Positions 1 through 12,970 of a stretch of 64,000 nt of DNA are shown here, piece after piece. This DNA comes from Lingula anatina (Eukaryota > Animalia > Brachiopoda), in NCBI GenBank assembly GCA_051362555.1, contig CM120640.1, forward strand, positions 27,304,503 through 27,368,502, read 5' to 3'. The translations under genes and the position numbers were made by a program. Position 1 is the first letter of the stretch. The number at the start of each line of letters is the position of its first letter. Below the pieces are notes generated by a model. That model was not told the origin of the DNA. It was given only the letters and a program-made list of their open reading frames with translations, and did not search any database.

Positions 1-2637
1 AGGTAAAGAAAATTCATGTCGTTGCCTTGTCAATTTCTTTATCCCGATGCTGGCAACAGGCGTGGTCTTGAAATGCATATTTCTTTTATTTATTTGTGCT
101 TGTTCCGTTCTTTTATTTCACATTCCAAAATCAATCGATTATTCATAAGACAAGACGCTAACATTTGGCAAAGCTAGTCCCTTTGTCGACAGTAACTTGG
201 AAATCGCGCTCAAGATATGGATCGGTTAACGACAAAATCATACGTCTACGGTTTTATCAGATGCCACGGAATCAGAGCCTACTGTGGGGGAAAGTTTAAC
301 GACTTTCGAATTGGTTTGGAATTATGATATTGATGTGATTCACCGTAGGCTTCATCATCTCTGGAATTACTCCACCGTAAATATACAGAACATCTCTATA
401 AAGCAACGAGTGGGACAACAATCGCTAAAGCTCCATTTGCAATGCCTGGTATTGCTCCCAATAAAAATGGATAGGAACAACGGGCACTGACCTTTAAAGA
501 TAGGGCGTTTTTTTAACATTCAGGAAATCAACCTTTTTATATAAATTTGAAAGTTTTAAGGCTGTTAAAGCATCTAGTTCTTTGTCTTAAAACAATGGAA
601 TTATTTCTTAAATGATAGGTTAAAACACAATAAACAATATGAACGTTCAGCATTGAAGTTGGTATGTAGAACACCAACATCGAGTATGCAGGAAACAGGC
701 ATACTGTCATTTAAACAAAAAATTTCATTTTCTTATGGAAGTGAAAAAAAACTCGCGTTTGCTAAATTATGATTAGAATCACAAGTTGAAAGCCAGATTC
801 ACCGCAGTCACGAGGGATTGTGAAATAATCGACATGTAAAAGGGAGGATTACACACAAGCCAGTTCCATACATCAAGTCACATTTGTATATACATTAGAA
901 ACCTGCTTGAGCCCCGCCTTAGTGTCCTCGCTTTCTTTGCCTTCATAATGAAACGCGTTGTTGAGATATACATGAATATCCACAGAACTATAAACATTTC
1001 TTTGTAATATATTGATTTCACAAAATTCTTTTCTCCCTAGTTGTTCTTTGCTTTCATCGTTCATCATCTTAATAATGTTCTCTGAAATAAGAACACAGAG
1101 CGGGTGGAGAATACATGATTTGTTGAATTTTTTTCTGCTATCAAAAATTATTGCACGTGGTCTGTGGGAGCATCTTCTCTTCTAGGGGTATAAATATAAA
1201 TTATTATACTATTATCGTTGTTATTGCCATTTTGATTCCAGAACATCACGACTCCAGCTGAGCATGAAATCATCATAAACCCATCTTATCATAAAGGCAA
1301 AAACACTGATAAGAAATTTTGTTTGATATTAATTTTATTAGATTAACCACACGATAAAATTAATCATTTGGTTTTGATGTGGCTTCCTGTTCTTTCCCCG
1401 TTTTATTGAGAACGGTAATAGTTTTTACGCTACATAGCAAAAACAATGATATAAGGAATGTTGTTTATGTGCAAAGATTCCAAGAATTTGGCTTCTTGAG
1501 GTTGTGCTTTTGTCATATCTTTTTCCCGTATGTCTTTATACTCAAGAATAAGTCACAGAAATGTTGGAACCAGTGAAATTTTTTAAATGACCGTCGGGAG
1601 TTTACCGTTTCACTGCTTTTTCTTAAATGCCGCAAAAAGCCTGAGAGTAAAAAACGAGACTTTCCATTAAGTACACGCCCAAATGTCATTACAAAATGAC
1701 GGAAAACTGAACAAATCAGAGAGGTCGATTAGAACACAGGATAAAACACTCACCTTGACAGTACGGCATTCCATTTCTCAGAATTGTAGTTTAAATACCA
1801 GCACAACGTACATTTTTATGTTTGCAGGAGAAACAATAAGTATTTTTCTAATCCGTCGGAATTTGAAGTGATCTATCATTTATGCTATTAAATAGATAGC
1901 AAACTACGAATTTGACAACATATAACAATAATAGAGGCGGCTCTGTACATGGAAAAATCAACCATACTGAGATCAGAAAATTTGACCTCACCTAACTTTC
2001 GCTTCCCTCAGCTTGGACCCGAAATTTCGGGAGCAATTTACCACCAGTAATGCTACTTTAAACACATACATATGGACATCTGTAGACCATTTGATTGTTG
2101 TCGACAAACCGATCTTTTAACCCCAGTTACTGCTATCAAACCTGATAAAAAGGATGAGTGATGCTCATACTTTTGTAGCTGTTTTATTATTAGATGTAAA
2201 AACAGGGAATTGGCATTTTTTATGGTTTTGATGATAAAAAGTGAAAGTAAAAAACGATCCTTGCCCTAACGACTTTCAGTCCACCCTCAGTTTAAGATAA
2301 AATAAACCATGCACGATTGTTTCTATATAAACACATGGGATGAACTTGACTGTAGATTGCAAATTATTCATACAAAACACTTTTTTCGGAAGCAAGGTAA
2401 TTGTAGTGTGTTAAAATATAACGCCTCCTCTGTTCTTGTTATCGTTATCTGTATTATTCTCATATGCCACTCTGATCAATTCACAAACCAGGATTGATTT
2501 ACAAATCAGAGTGTCCTCACTGATCCTCAGACATCTTGATGACTTATTACTTGGACTATTATTCATTTGAATTCAAAATATAATGAGTTGGAAAGCCGCG
2601 TTGTCGAGAAATTGCTGACAAGGAAATCGATGATTAC

Positions 2638-4832
2638 CTTTGAACATCGGACAAATTCTCTTCCACACCGTCAAACAGCCGCTTCGCTGATACTGCCCCA
2701 GGGCTAACTCCATGTAGAATAGGGGGAGACCCCCGAAGATCAACATCACGATATATGGGATGAGAAAGGCCCCTGGAAAGAAGAAGAAAAACAAGCGTAA
2801 AATTGGGCTGTCATATCGAACTTAAAATCTAAGAAAGGGTGAACTTATTTGGCCGTCGTCCCGTTAAAATTGAACATATGATGGCAGGGTATCGAATACA
2901 AAGTTATTTGCTGAGATGGAAAAGACTGGGGGAATGGTATGCAATTTCCATTTGATTCAACAGCCTTGAGGTGCTGACAAGAACGGATAATGAAAAAACT
3001 CACTGAGGATAGGGTATCCAATAATCAGTGAATGTTAAGGAAAAAACATGTTTGATCGCTTTTTAGAAAGTTTCCGTAATTCATTCAAGCTTTAAATAAT
3101 TATTTTTACGCGCCTCGAACACGTTCATCTGTTCAACATGTGAAACAGTATAGCTTCATTCGTTCACATCAGCTATTTTTTCAAATTCTGGCCTGAAATT
3201 CTATGCTGAGATAATAAATCGTTCACGTGTATCTAACTAATTGACAATGTTTTTTTCTGCTTCACGAATGTGCCGTAAAACTAGCCCAACTTGTTCTACG
3301 CGGGTTTAAAAATGTGAATTACTTTAACAACGGAGTTGACTACAAATTACACAAATTTGCGGGTTCATGTTTTCATTGTAAATTAAACCTGCGGCCTTTG
3401 GCGTTATAACAATCTCTACCATGCCTTAAAACAATGGCTTGTGTGAAACAAGAATTGGCCTCGGCAGGACTCTTGGTTTGTTGCTGAATTGTACACAGAT
3501 TAGAGCGGCAGAGCAGACATATAACATATACAAGTGATTGTGACGGTCACTTCATATTAAAGTGGAATTCAGGTTATACTTTTATTTCATTTGACATTTC
3601 AATGCCAGAATAACTCCCAGTCGTCATAAAAGCCTATTTTTCTCAAAACACAATACCGTTATTTTCTCCAACTTTCCCAAGTAGGTGACACGATTTTAGC
3701 ACAATAAGAACACATGCTGGTCTCAGCTTCGTACGTTTAAAAGATAAGATTTAAAAAAAAACAGGTTAATAATGCGCGGAAAAGAAAAAGATTCGTACAC
3801 GAGCCTAATGCGCACTAGTCTTAAGCCATACCACCACGTGATTTCGCCTTTCTAAAGTCGTCTTCATTGCGTTTATTATTAAAACAGTATGTGTATAGAA
3901 CTATTTTTCTGTCCAAAAAACTAATAGTATCCGACCTAGACCAACCAAACGATGCAGTGATTTACATGTACAAATATACATTGTAAATCCGAATTAAATG
4001 ACTCTTGGTGTTTTCAACACAATACTGACCACAGAGCATTGATGGGCAATATTAGGTGATAAAACTTACCCCCGCCGTTGGAGTAACAGACATAGGGGAA
4101 CCTCCAAACGTTTCCCAAATCCACGGCAAACCCGATGACAGAGAGAAGAAAGTCCACTTTTTTCCCCCAAGTTTCTCGTTCCGGTAACTCAGCTTTTTTG
4201 GCATCTTTTGTTTCGGCTAGTATTTTCTTTTCGCCATCTACAGTTCCATCCAGGACAACTTTCTGAGTTACAGCTTGTGAGGACATTGTGTCTATGTTGT
4301 CAGCGACCGGTGCTGAACTGGTTTCTGAGCAAGAGTTGTCAAAGGACGAAATTCTCTTCACCGTCCCTTCGCGCTCATGTGTTGTTGCTTCTGGGAAAGG
4401 CTTTAGATTTACTTCAGTGTTTTTCACCCCTTTTCCCTCTTCGTCCTCGTCTGTGTGTGCGCGGTGGACATGTGCCAAGTGGGAATCAGAGACTTTCCCT
4501 TGTTCAGTTTCAGGAAAAGCTAAAGCGCCCTCTGGCGGCAGATGGGTATCTGACTGGAAAGCCGCATTGTAACAACCTTTTGATTCAGAAGAAGATCCTT
4601 TTATCCCTCTCTCATTGATTTTATGCGAGTCTTGATCACAGTTTTTGACGTTTGAATCTTTAAACAGTGGATTATCATAAGCCATAGTAGACTTCTTCTG
4701 CACTTGCCGGTCATATGGAATAGAGTCATGTTTGGGTACTTTAGCGCGTTGATCTGACAAAACCTTGTTTATTTCTTGATACGCAGAGGCAGTTTGCTGG
4801 GGTCCTTCGGTAACAGGATTTGTTTGAGACAT
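2638..4832 (-). CDS. SLC6A4: Sodium-dependent serotonin transporter (SLC6/SERT), 5' part; coding exons 4832-4070 and 2772-2638, remaining exons presumably beyond the window start
   Basis: [37 protein letters not shown]|[46 protein letters not shown] closely matches SERT TM1-TM2. The TM1 Asp of monoamine transporters is present and LGNVWRFP is the SERT-type variant. GTAAGT/TTCCAG splice sites join in phase 1; the second exon is 135 nt. First ATG at 4832 (MSQTNP). Confidence 0.92.
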
Positions 4833-7173
4833 GACGCTTACTTGACGCACTTTCCGCTTCTAGCCTTGCATCAGGAAATAATATTAAGAAAAAAAAAGAT
4901 TAATAAATAACCCTTTAAAGCACTTGCTCTTAAGCATTTTATCTTTTTAAGGTTCCAAGAAAATCGTTGGGAACAATTGGAGGAGGAGGGGGAGGAGGGC
5001 TAGGAGGAGAAAAATCAAGGAGCCTATTAAAATATTACCTTTTTTGCCCTACACCAGGCCATTCTGACTATACCAGTAAGGTAAAGAAATACGCAAAAAT
5101 ATTTTACGATTATTTATTGCCACCGAAATGATGTATTCACTCTAATTTTTTTAATAAGACATATAAGACAAATTGTTAGGAGACAGGACAGAAGAATTAT
5201 GCTGATAATATTTCAAATTGTAAATGTTGCACTGACTGCTGACAGTTATGAATTATTGCAATTCTGTTGTGATATAAGTACACATTCCCTTAAGACAACT
5301 AGCTGAAGAAAGTGAGCATCGCAGAAGAGACACATTGATAACGAATCTAAAACAGCGACTTCACATTACGCACGGATTACATGCATTAATCGATGTTTTG
5401 GATTACCCGATTAAGTGCACGTAAAAGAACGTAATTGAACGCTACTGAAACCCAGGCGCTGCGCTTTGCAACACGGATTTCCAGGGGCAAAGTTGTACTT
5501 GAATGCCGACCTCACGCACCTGTCTACCGGGGGAAGCGCTATTTATTACCTCACCCCTAAAACAATGATATGTTCCGCTTGTTGATGACGTAATTGTAGA
5601 TATATGTACTTGTTAACACACTCACGTTATAGGGGATATTTGGGAGTCACGTTTTGATTGATTGTCTACCCTGAAGGCGCTGTTAACGGTATTGAACTTT
5701 CATACATCAGACATTTCAAAGAATCTCTCTATCGTCCTTAAGTCTATCGCAAGATCTTATATTACTAAGATAACATTGTGTTTGAAGGGATTTATAACCC
5801 TGGTCTATTAGGGAAACGAAATTCCCAACATTTGAAATATTTTTGTCACATTTGTTTTCAATTAAACGGGTTCATCCTTGTTTTAAATCACAAAAAAAAC
5901 CACCTTCCGTTCGTAAATATAGCATAAAAATGATTGACTTTTTTATTTAAAAGCTAAATGGTAAAGAGGTAAACATGTGTCAAATAGCGTGAGTTCCCAG
6001 TATGATTGCTCTGTGCGCCATTTTCAGCATTTCTCTGGATTTGTATTGAAAAAAAAAAGTCAAAATACCAGATTAAGCTTCTTAATGGTACTCGTCGGCA
6101 GAGGATTACTGTAGGGCCGGATTTGAATCTTATCAAATTTTCGAATCTTATAAAACAAGTTTTGTATCATGTTTCTAACTGGACAAAATAGAGAGGTTGA
6201 TACTGGTTTTTACAGAAAAAAAAGCATCCAACGAGTTTTAACAGTGTGCAGTCATCACCATCACCTCTATCAATTCAATGTCCTTTTCTCGACACTTAAC
6301 ATCAGATTTTTAGGCGGAAATGTAAATTTCTATGAATTTGAACAATTCCCCACGAGTGGTGATGACAACAAATCCGTCGCTTTTTTCCGTGGGCCCAACA
6401 CTGGCCTCTGGTGCCCTGCCACCCTGTGCAACGAGTTACCTGCATAATGTTGACATCAGTTTTGCCAAAGTATAGACACCGATACTTACAATGTACGCAC
6501 TTTGTCTTTTACTAATGTTTTATTTTCTTTGAAGTTAATATTTCCATTGAATAAAGAATGAGGTTTATTTCCGTGATTATCTTTTATTTCACGATTTAAT
6601 TTTATCGTACAATAGGAACGTTGCAATAGCTACGCAGGTAACATGTGGCCAAAGGTCGCAGGCCACCGGTGGGCCATCGTGGCCCAACAGAAAGACTGCC
6701 TTTGGCCCAATGTTGGCTCACCAACAGTGTGCTATCTAAGGTGCATCAATAGGCGATTGGTCAGTTGTGGAAAAAGGTGGATTATCTTAATCCCTTCCCG
6801 GTTAAGCCTCTGTAAGTGCCTTCAACATAACAAAGCATCTACCTGTAGAGCAAATAACAAAAGCAGTAACAAATTCGTCACAGTCGGCTAGATCGAATGT
6901 GTGGCTGCCACTCGAAATACTGATACGACACTATATAGAACTCGACATGTTTGGTTAGTGCTAATAGATGCACAAGTTTCTACAACTCTTCATCAAAATG
7001 CATTCGTGGTCAATGTTTTAAAATGCGAGACCAAGTGATCGCACGTTTTTACCTGCTGGATGCCCCGTGTCCGTTCAACCTTTGCTTATGTAGTATGTTT
7101 TATATGTAGGCCGAACAAGGTGAATATGTTTTTTTTTTACAGTTAAAGCAGTGCAGGTATATTTTCCCTTTAC

Positions 7174-7381
7174 CTGTGCTCAGTGATGCAAATCAGAACA
7201 AAGGACCTACAACAGTATTGTCCTGAGCAATAGTGTCAACCCTTCCACGACACCCGACTCCAATAATCGAAAGGGCGTGTTTAGTTAAGGCATTTGCATG
7301 TGCAAAAGGGACGCAGTGCACGCCTTGGGTGTGGTAGACGCACGACCACGAACAGTTTTGAAGCAAGACTCGTTTCATCTC
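7174..7381 (-). other. Candidate non-coding 5'UTR exon of the SERT gene, containing a 61-codon uORF (7378-7193)
   Basis: Long polypyrimidine acceptor (TTTTCTCTTCTTTCTACCGTTCAG) at 7382-7405 and donor CAG|GTAAAG at 7173 on the minus strand. All three frames hit stops within the exon. Confidence 0.4.
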
Positions 7382-7559
7382 CTGAACGGTAGAAAGAAGA
7401 GAAAATTATGTGATGGGAATATCAAGTGACGCTTCTGACGAAACATCATCGCTGTGTATTGTATTGAAGGTGCCCCAGAATGACCCTTTGACAACTCTTG
7501 AGAGGTCTTTTAAAGTCAAAGAGTGATAGATAGTGTTCTAGCTCTGGACAAGAGAAATC

Positions 7560-7637
7560 ATGTCCGAAAGTAAGTATATAATTTCATGACGATGACGTAT
7601 GTGCTTGTGTATATGTCTGTGCGCCCGTGTGTGTGTG

Positions 7638-7698
<61 letters not shown>

Positions 7699-8345
7699 AT
7701 TATGAGTTCGGAATTATGAAGTCGTGATCAACATGCAAAAGAAATGTTAAAATTCAGTCTTTATCAAGCTCACAGAAAGAAAAAAGAAAGGAATTTACCT
7801 ACATGGCATGTAGGTTACGAGTGACATGTAAACACAATGTCAGGAACCAGTCTCAATATGGCTGCCTATTGTAAGGTCGATAAATCCTCCATTATTTGGG
7901 TTAAAAGTTGGTTGAGCTTTATACCTCGAAGCTTTCTTATAAAACCAAGCCTTGTTCGTTGCACACCTCTTCCATTCTAGCTCAGTTCAACAGATGGGAG
8001 TTTTATTTGCATTCATACTTTTCTAAAAATTTAATAAGGCTTACATTTATTTAGTCTTATTGGCGATTATTTGTGTAAAATAAATAGGACCCCTTGTGGA
8101 ACATCAGAAATTTAATGACACGAAGAAGCTTAAATATGATAGAACTACAGCGTAATCTTGATGTGAAGACTTGACTGAAATATAACAGTGTGAAACGTGG
8201 TTATTTCAGATCAAGGCAATGAACCACCTATGCAGGCCGGGTTGTCCCAGGGAGTGGTCACAGCTTTAGCAATAGGGTGCAGCGTACTCTTTGTCCTGCT
8301 TGTTATTATTATTATTCTGGTCATAATACTCAGGTAAATGTATTG

Positions 8346-8389
<44 letters not shown>

Positions 8390-9271
8390 ACCAGCTTGGA
8401 GAGAGATACAAGGATTTTTCAATCTAACGCTGGACACCTACATTGCTGCTCAAGCACAAGAAAAGAGTAGATAACAGATGTAGATGCCAGGAGAAAAATT
8501 AATGCATACTTGTAGTATAGTTTTTATAGTTCGTTTTAAACAAAATAATGGCCTCCATATACCCTGTGTTGTATTAATCATTACAGGCGAATGAAAAATG
8601 ACAAAGACGAGACACAATCAAGAACAGAAAAAGCACAATCAAAAGCAGCGGAGGAAGACGACCGAGGTCCGCTTGATGTGACAGACGTAGCACAATTTGA
8701 ACCATCGAAAGGAAAACAACTGACACAATCGGGTGCTGAACTCGATCCCGAGTCAATTTTTGTTGAAGATAAGGAATTTAACAAAATTTCAGACAAGGAC
8801 ACCGGCGAGGCGGAAACCGAAAAAGAAGTAAAGAGGGAAAACGGCACAGACGCAGTGAAGGCGAACACAAAAAATGATATCGATAAAAAACGAGAAAGCC
8901 AGACTTCGTCGAAAAACAAACCAAAGAAATATAAGGCACCCATGCCAAAAGTGGAAGTTGAACTTAATGATGAAAGTAAAGAATCGTCCGGCAACGATGT
9001 GAAATATAAAGATGCGGAAGAATATTACGCTAATTCTAAATATGCAAAATTTGCAGAGTTCAAGGAGGCCTTCAGGGAACATAGAAGAAGCCGACACAGA
9101 AGCATGGAGGCTGAAAATAGACCTTCAAAGAAAGAGCGGCATGGTAAACGCAAAAGAAAAAGCAGACGATCGGAGACAGATGCCTATGACAATGCGGCAT
9201 TTAGTGGCGAGCTGAAGGAGATGAATCCGGATGAAGATTTGGTTTTCGTTAGTCCTGACTCTGAGGTTTAG
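7560..9271 (+). CDS. Uncharacterised type III single-pass membrane protein A (272 aa) with C-terminal PDZ-binding motif; exons 7560-7569, 8210-8333, 8587-9271
   Basis: ATGTCCGAAA|GTAAGT (phase 1), then TTATTTCAG| TM exon (NQGNEPPMQAGLSQGVVTALAIGCSVLFVLLVIIIILVIILR)|GTAAAT (phase 2), then TTACAG| joining in frame to ORF 8591-9271 (charged tail, AYDNAAF, ends SPDSEV*). The 10-nt first exon is the least certain part. Confidence 0.8.
7627..7698. repeat. Compound (GT)n-(GA)n microsatellite
   Basis: Directly visible, in intron 1 of membrane protein A. Confidence 0.95.
8349..8385. repeat. (CT)n microsatellite
   Basis: Directly visible just after the TM-exon donor. Confidence 0.95.
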
Positions 9272-11254
9272 CGGTTTGAGTTCAACAAATAGATTGTCAG
9301 ATATAGCGAATGCTTTTTACCAAAAAATATATACACCGCATCACACGAAGAAACGAAAGGCATGTTTAGAACTGAAACAATGCTGGTGACGTCTTGCACA
9401 GCAATCTGCACAACTCACTGCCATTTGCCGTATAGGTCCCTATACATTATCACATTATGTCAACGTTACGTCATATTATCACATTTCAAAACTTCACTTA
9501 GCATACATTGTTACTATGTGAAGAAACTGTGAAGATAAACACATATTTAACCCTATATTCACTCGGCATTCTCAACAAACTACTCATTTTTTAGCGAATG
9601 TGATTTAGTTCGACCTTTAAAAAGACAATATTGCGATATTTTTTTGAAATTGATAAAACGCTTGCTATTAAGCACACAAAAGAAAGATTAATATAAAAGA
9701 GATGTTATATTGTGCCAACCTGATATTCAGTAAAGTGATGAGGTCTCTTATCTGTCGAGAACATGTTTAGATGAAACATTCTAATTCTAAGGCAAACATC
9801 TAAAGGTAATTTTCATCTACCCATTTAAAGGAGAGGTGCCAATAAACCCTCACACTTCGGGTGCATATTGTGTACGAATGCCATCAAAAAACAAACTGCA
9901 ATAGAAAAAGCGTGAGTGTGCCTTAATCTTTCTTTCAATATGTCATTTATCAACAGTGTCAACATGGACAGCGTAAGATTAAGAGCAAGTGTAATATTCT
10001 GTATGACAGATGAAAACATAAAGATGATAACTTTTATTAAGTTTTGAAGGACGTTTTCTATCTTATGCTCACACATGTCGTGAGCGGAAATGGCTTATTT
10101 CTGATTATTGTAAGACGTCCGCATGAGTTTTTTTGGGGCGAATCCTCTATATTTATATTTATATATGACCATCACGTTAAACCAATTTGAAATAAATAAA
10201 TAAATTTGACAAATGTTTATACCAAAAAAAGCTTTAAGTAAAGGTTCTCTTTTCTCAAACAACCTGACCGCCAGATGTCATGCACACTACACAAAATATA
10301 ATACTGTACCGCTTTATCTTCTTTTAACACCTAAAGGTCGGTGGCTGCATGCTAGGCAATCCTTTTCCTTGGCACCGCATACTTAAACCTCTATCTCGCT
10401 CTATCAGTCTTTCGTGACGAGAGAGAATAATGACGACCGAGGACGCTTATTCTAACCTGTGTAATATTATCGTTCTGTGATAAAAAGGCCGAGATAAGGT
10501 GTTATAGCCGAGAGGAAAATTCTACAAATTTCAGCATGTCCAAGTGTTTTCAGAGCATTTCTCACCTGGGTCAAAGTTAACATGATATTTCGTTGAAATA
10601 CTGCGCGCGAGGAATTGGAAAGGTCAGTAGTATTCAATTACACATCAATTATATATTTTAATGACTGACCATGACAGCTTACAACAATCGTAGGTGTGCT
10701 TTTCGTTTGATAGGGCCAAAATGTCGACCCAGAGGTAAATACATCTGAAGGTTCAATGTTGATGTTTGACCTCGTATAGCGGTAAACAGTCAAAACTCGT
10801 TCAGGTGGATTAGTGACATGAAAAAATGCGACTATATGACACCGACGCAGCTGACACCCAAACTGTGTCACGGAACAAGATATCATTTACTAAAGCTATG
10901 CAACGTAATGTAATCTTTTTGTTCGAAAATTAAGAAATCCCAACTGTCAGACTTAGCGATCCCGGGATTAAATGGAGAAAGAGGCACAGTAAAACTGATA
11001 GAAAAGTTCCCCACAGTTATATACCTTTTAGTAATATGACCGCAACTGGAATGAAAATCTCTTTTTGTCATAATATTGTTGAGTGACATTGGTTAATGCA
11101 GTGAATGAATCGTTTAGCGAAAGGCAATGCTAACTCAAGTGACTCAGTTATTGGTAGTTTACCTTGACCTTTGAAAATATGTTGCTTTACTGGTAGTGAA
11201 TAAGCCAAAATGCTTACCAGTATATAATTCATGCGTTTATTTCATTAAGTCAAG

Positions 11255-12915
11255 ATGACCACTGATGCCACGTCAAGTAACGTCACCTTCCTTCTACCAG
11301 CAATAGGTATGTATAGAAATGTATGAAAGAAACGTTCTTTACATGCGCATTTATAAACAACCATTCACAAGTCGGGTTTGCCTCAAAGGTTTGGGAGGTA
11401 TCTGTGCATTATATTATTTAACTTTTATTCTACGCCTCGCTTCGTATACATGGGGTGCATGGACACATTTCACTTAAACTGCAGTTTATGCTTAAGAATA
11501 TTTCATCGATATGGAAACAAGCGCCCAGGGTTTCAGAGGACACTGGGAAATCACCTTTTAACTATCAGTTTGCAGATGCATATTGATGGTAGAGAGATTC
11601 GTTCCGAGTGTCCTATGATCAAGGAGTTCCAGCGGCTGGAACTCCTTGCTATACTTGAACTAATAACATTACCTGATACATGATATCATATATATGTGTA
11701 GTGATGGTGCATATCTCTATATGTAATATTATTGCTATTTATATGTGTAGAAGTTTTTGGGGTATTATTACTGTTATTTATCTCTGTACATTTTCTCCAG
11801 CTCATTGTGATGGAAAAAGTATGAATAAAGATCTACTTTTATATTACCAAAGTCCAATGCAATAACCATTTTATTAAAAAAACTACAGTTTATTCACTGG
11901 CGAAATTTTAAGTAATATATTTATTTTCACACACTTTTTGTCTTGTGTTTAAATTTTCATCTAGGCCTATCTCATGATGACTCTCATGGCAACAAAAGGC
12001 CTTCTGACCAGATGGACGTTCACGGCTCTCTGAATACAGGAGGGGTGGCTGGAATAATTGTTAGCTGTATAGTTGTGCTGCTTATAATACTCATTGTAGT
12101 ACTAATTGTCTGGAGACGGTGAGTATTTTGGCGCTTTATGATGATATTGGTGGTTTAATAAACGTCTGGAACTTTCATTTTTAATTTCTCAAAAATATGT
12201 CTTTGTAATTTAACAAAATTTCGCTCCATACCATGTTTCCTCTAGGTATTGCTTCTGTACTGTAAAAATTATATCTCTATGGCTTAAATATATTCTGCAC
12301 AAGAATGTAAGTCCATAAACGGCTTGCAGAGATTGTAGTCTGGATATGACATTCTTTCAAATCGACGCAACCTCTCAATGGGCAACATATCCTCACATTA
12401 ACGTTGCAAAAGAACTTTTCGAAAAAAGTAAAAAAAAAAAATCTTTCTCTGTGCTTTCTGTGCTACTTAGATCTGTTAGAAAGTGTAATCGCCTTTTCAA
12501 TTTTTTTTTCAAGTCAAAATTGAAGAAAAGTACTTATTTCTGTTGCAGAAAGCTAAAACTCCACAGTTTCCCATCATCAGATCTTAGGATATTTGAGAAT
12601 TCAAAAGAAGCGAGTAGTAATCCGGGCTTCACGTACGACGACACAGTAGACAGTTCGCCTGCTAAGGACGTTGGTATTAACCACAACAACAGCGGTAGTG
12701 GAAATAACAACGAAAACATACCAAAAGATGCCAAGGACACGGATGATACTGCCAGCGATGACACGGACTTTAGCGTAGGTGCAGTGCGCGCGCAATTTGA
12801 TCCTGGTAGCACTACTTTACTTACTTCTGGGAGAGACCTGACAACCAGCGAAAAAAACTTAGAAAGCAGTGGAGCACCAGATTTGAAGAAAGGACACAAA
12901 GAGACAGCTGTATGA
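11255..12915 (+). CDS. Uncharacterised type III single-pass membrane protein B (190 aa) with C-terminal PDZ-binding motif; exons 11255-11306, 11965-12118, 12549-12915
   Basis: MTTDATSSNVTFLLPAI|GTATGT (phase 1; NVT sequon), then CATCTAG| TM exon (GLSHDD...GSLNTGGVAGIIVSCIVVLLIILIVVLIVWRR)|GTGAGT (phase 2), then TTGCAG| in frame with ORF 12346-12915 (KLKLHSFP...SSNPGFTYDD...HKETAV*). Confidence 0.82.
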
Positions 12916-12925
12916 TCCGACAAAA

Positions 12926-12970
12926 AATAAAAAATAAAATAAAATAAATAAATAAATAAATAAATAAATA
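12926..12970. repeat. (TAAA)n/(TAAAA)n simple repeat containing AATAAA hexamers just 3' of the gene B stop
   Basis: Directly visible. Confidence 0.85.

Noticed and set aside
280-492. Minus-strand TM-like frame (LLGAIPGIANGALAIVVPLVAL*) resembling the TM exons of genes A/B
   Set aside because: In-frame stop directly after the helix, polar/Pro substitutions and no clear donor; cannot be told from chance.
1753-2141. Minus-strand exon-like segments with good splice sites (donors near 1752 and 1991, acceptor near 2142)
   Set aside because: Stops in all frames and no SERT TM3 similarity; unsupported pseudo-exons.
4208-4618. Plus-strand ORFs 4208-4618 and 4288-4572
   Set aside because: Antisense shadows of the SERT coding exon.
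8574-9215. ORFs 8574-8756(-), 8581-8994(-), 8789-9097(-), 9012-9215(+)
   Set aside because: Antisense or alternate-frame shadows of gene A's purine-rich last exon.
12346-12548. N-terminal part of ORF 12346-12915
   Set aside because: Intronic read-through containing A/T runs; the real exon starts at the TTGCAG acceptor (12549).
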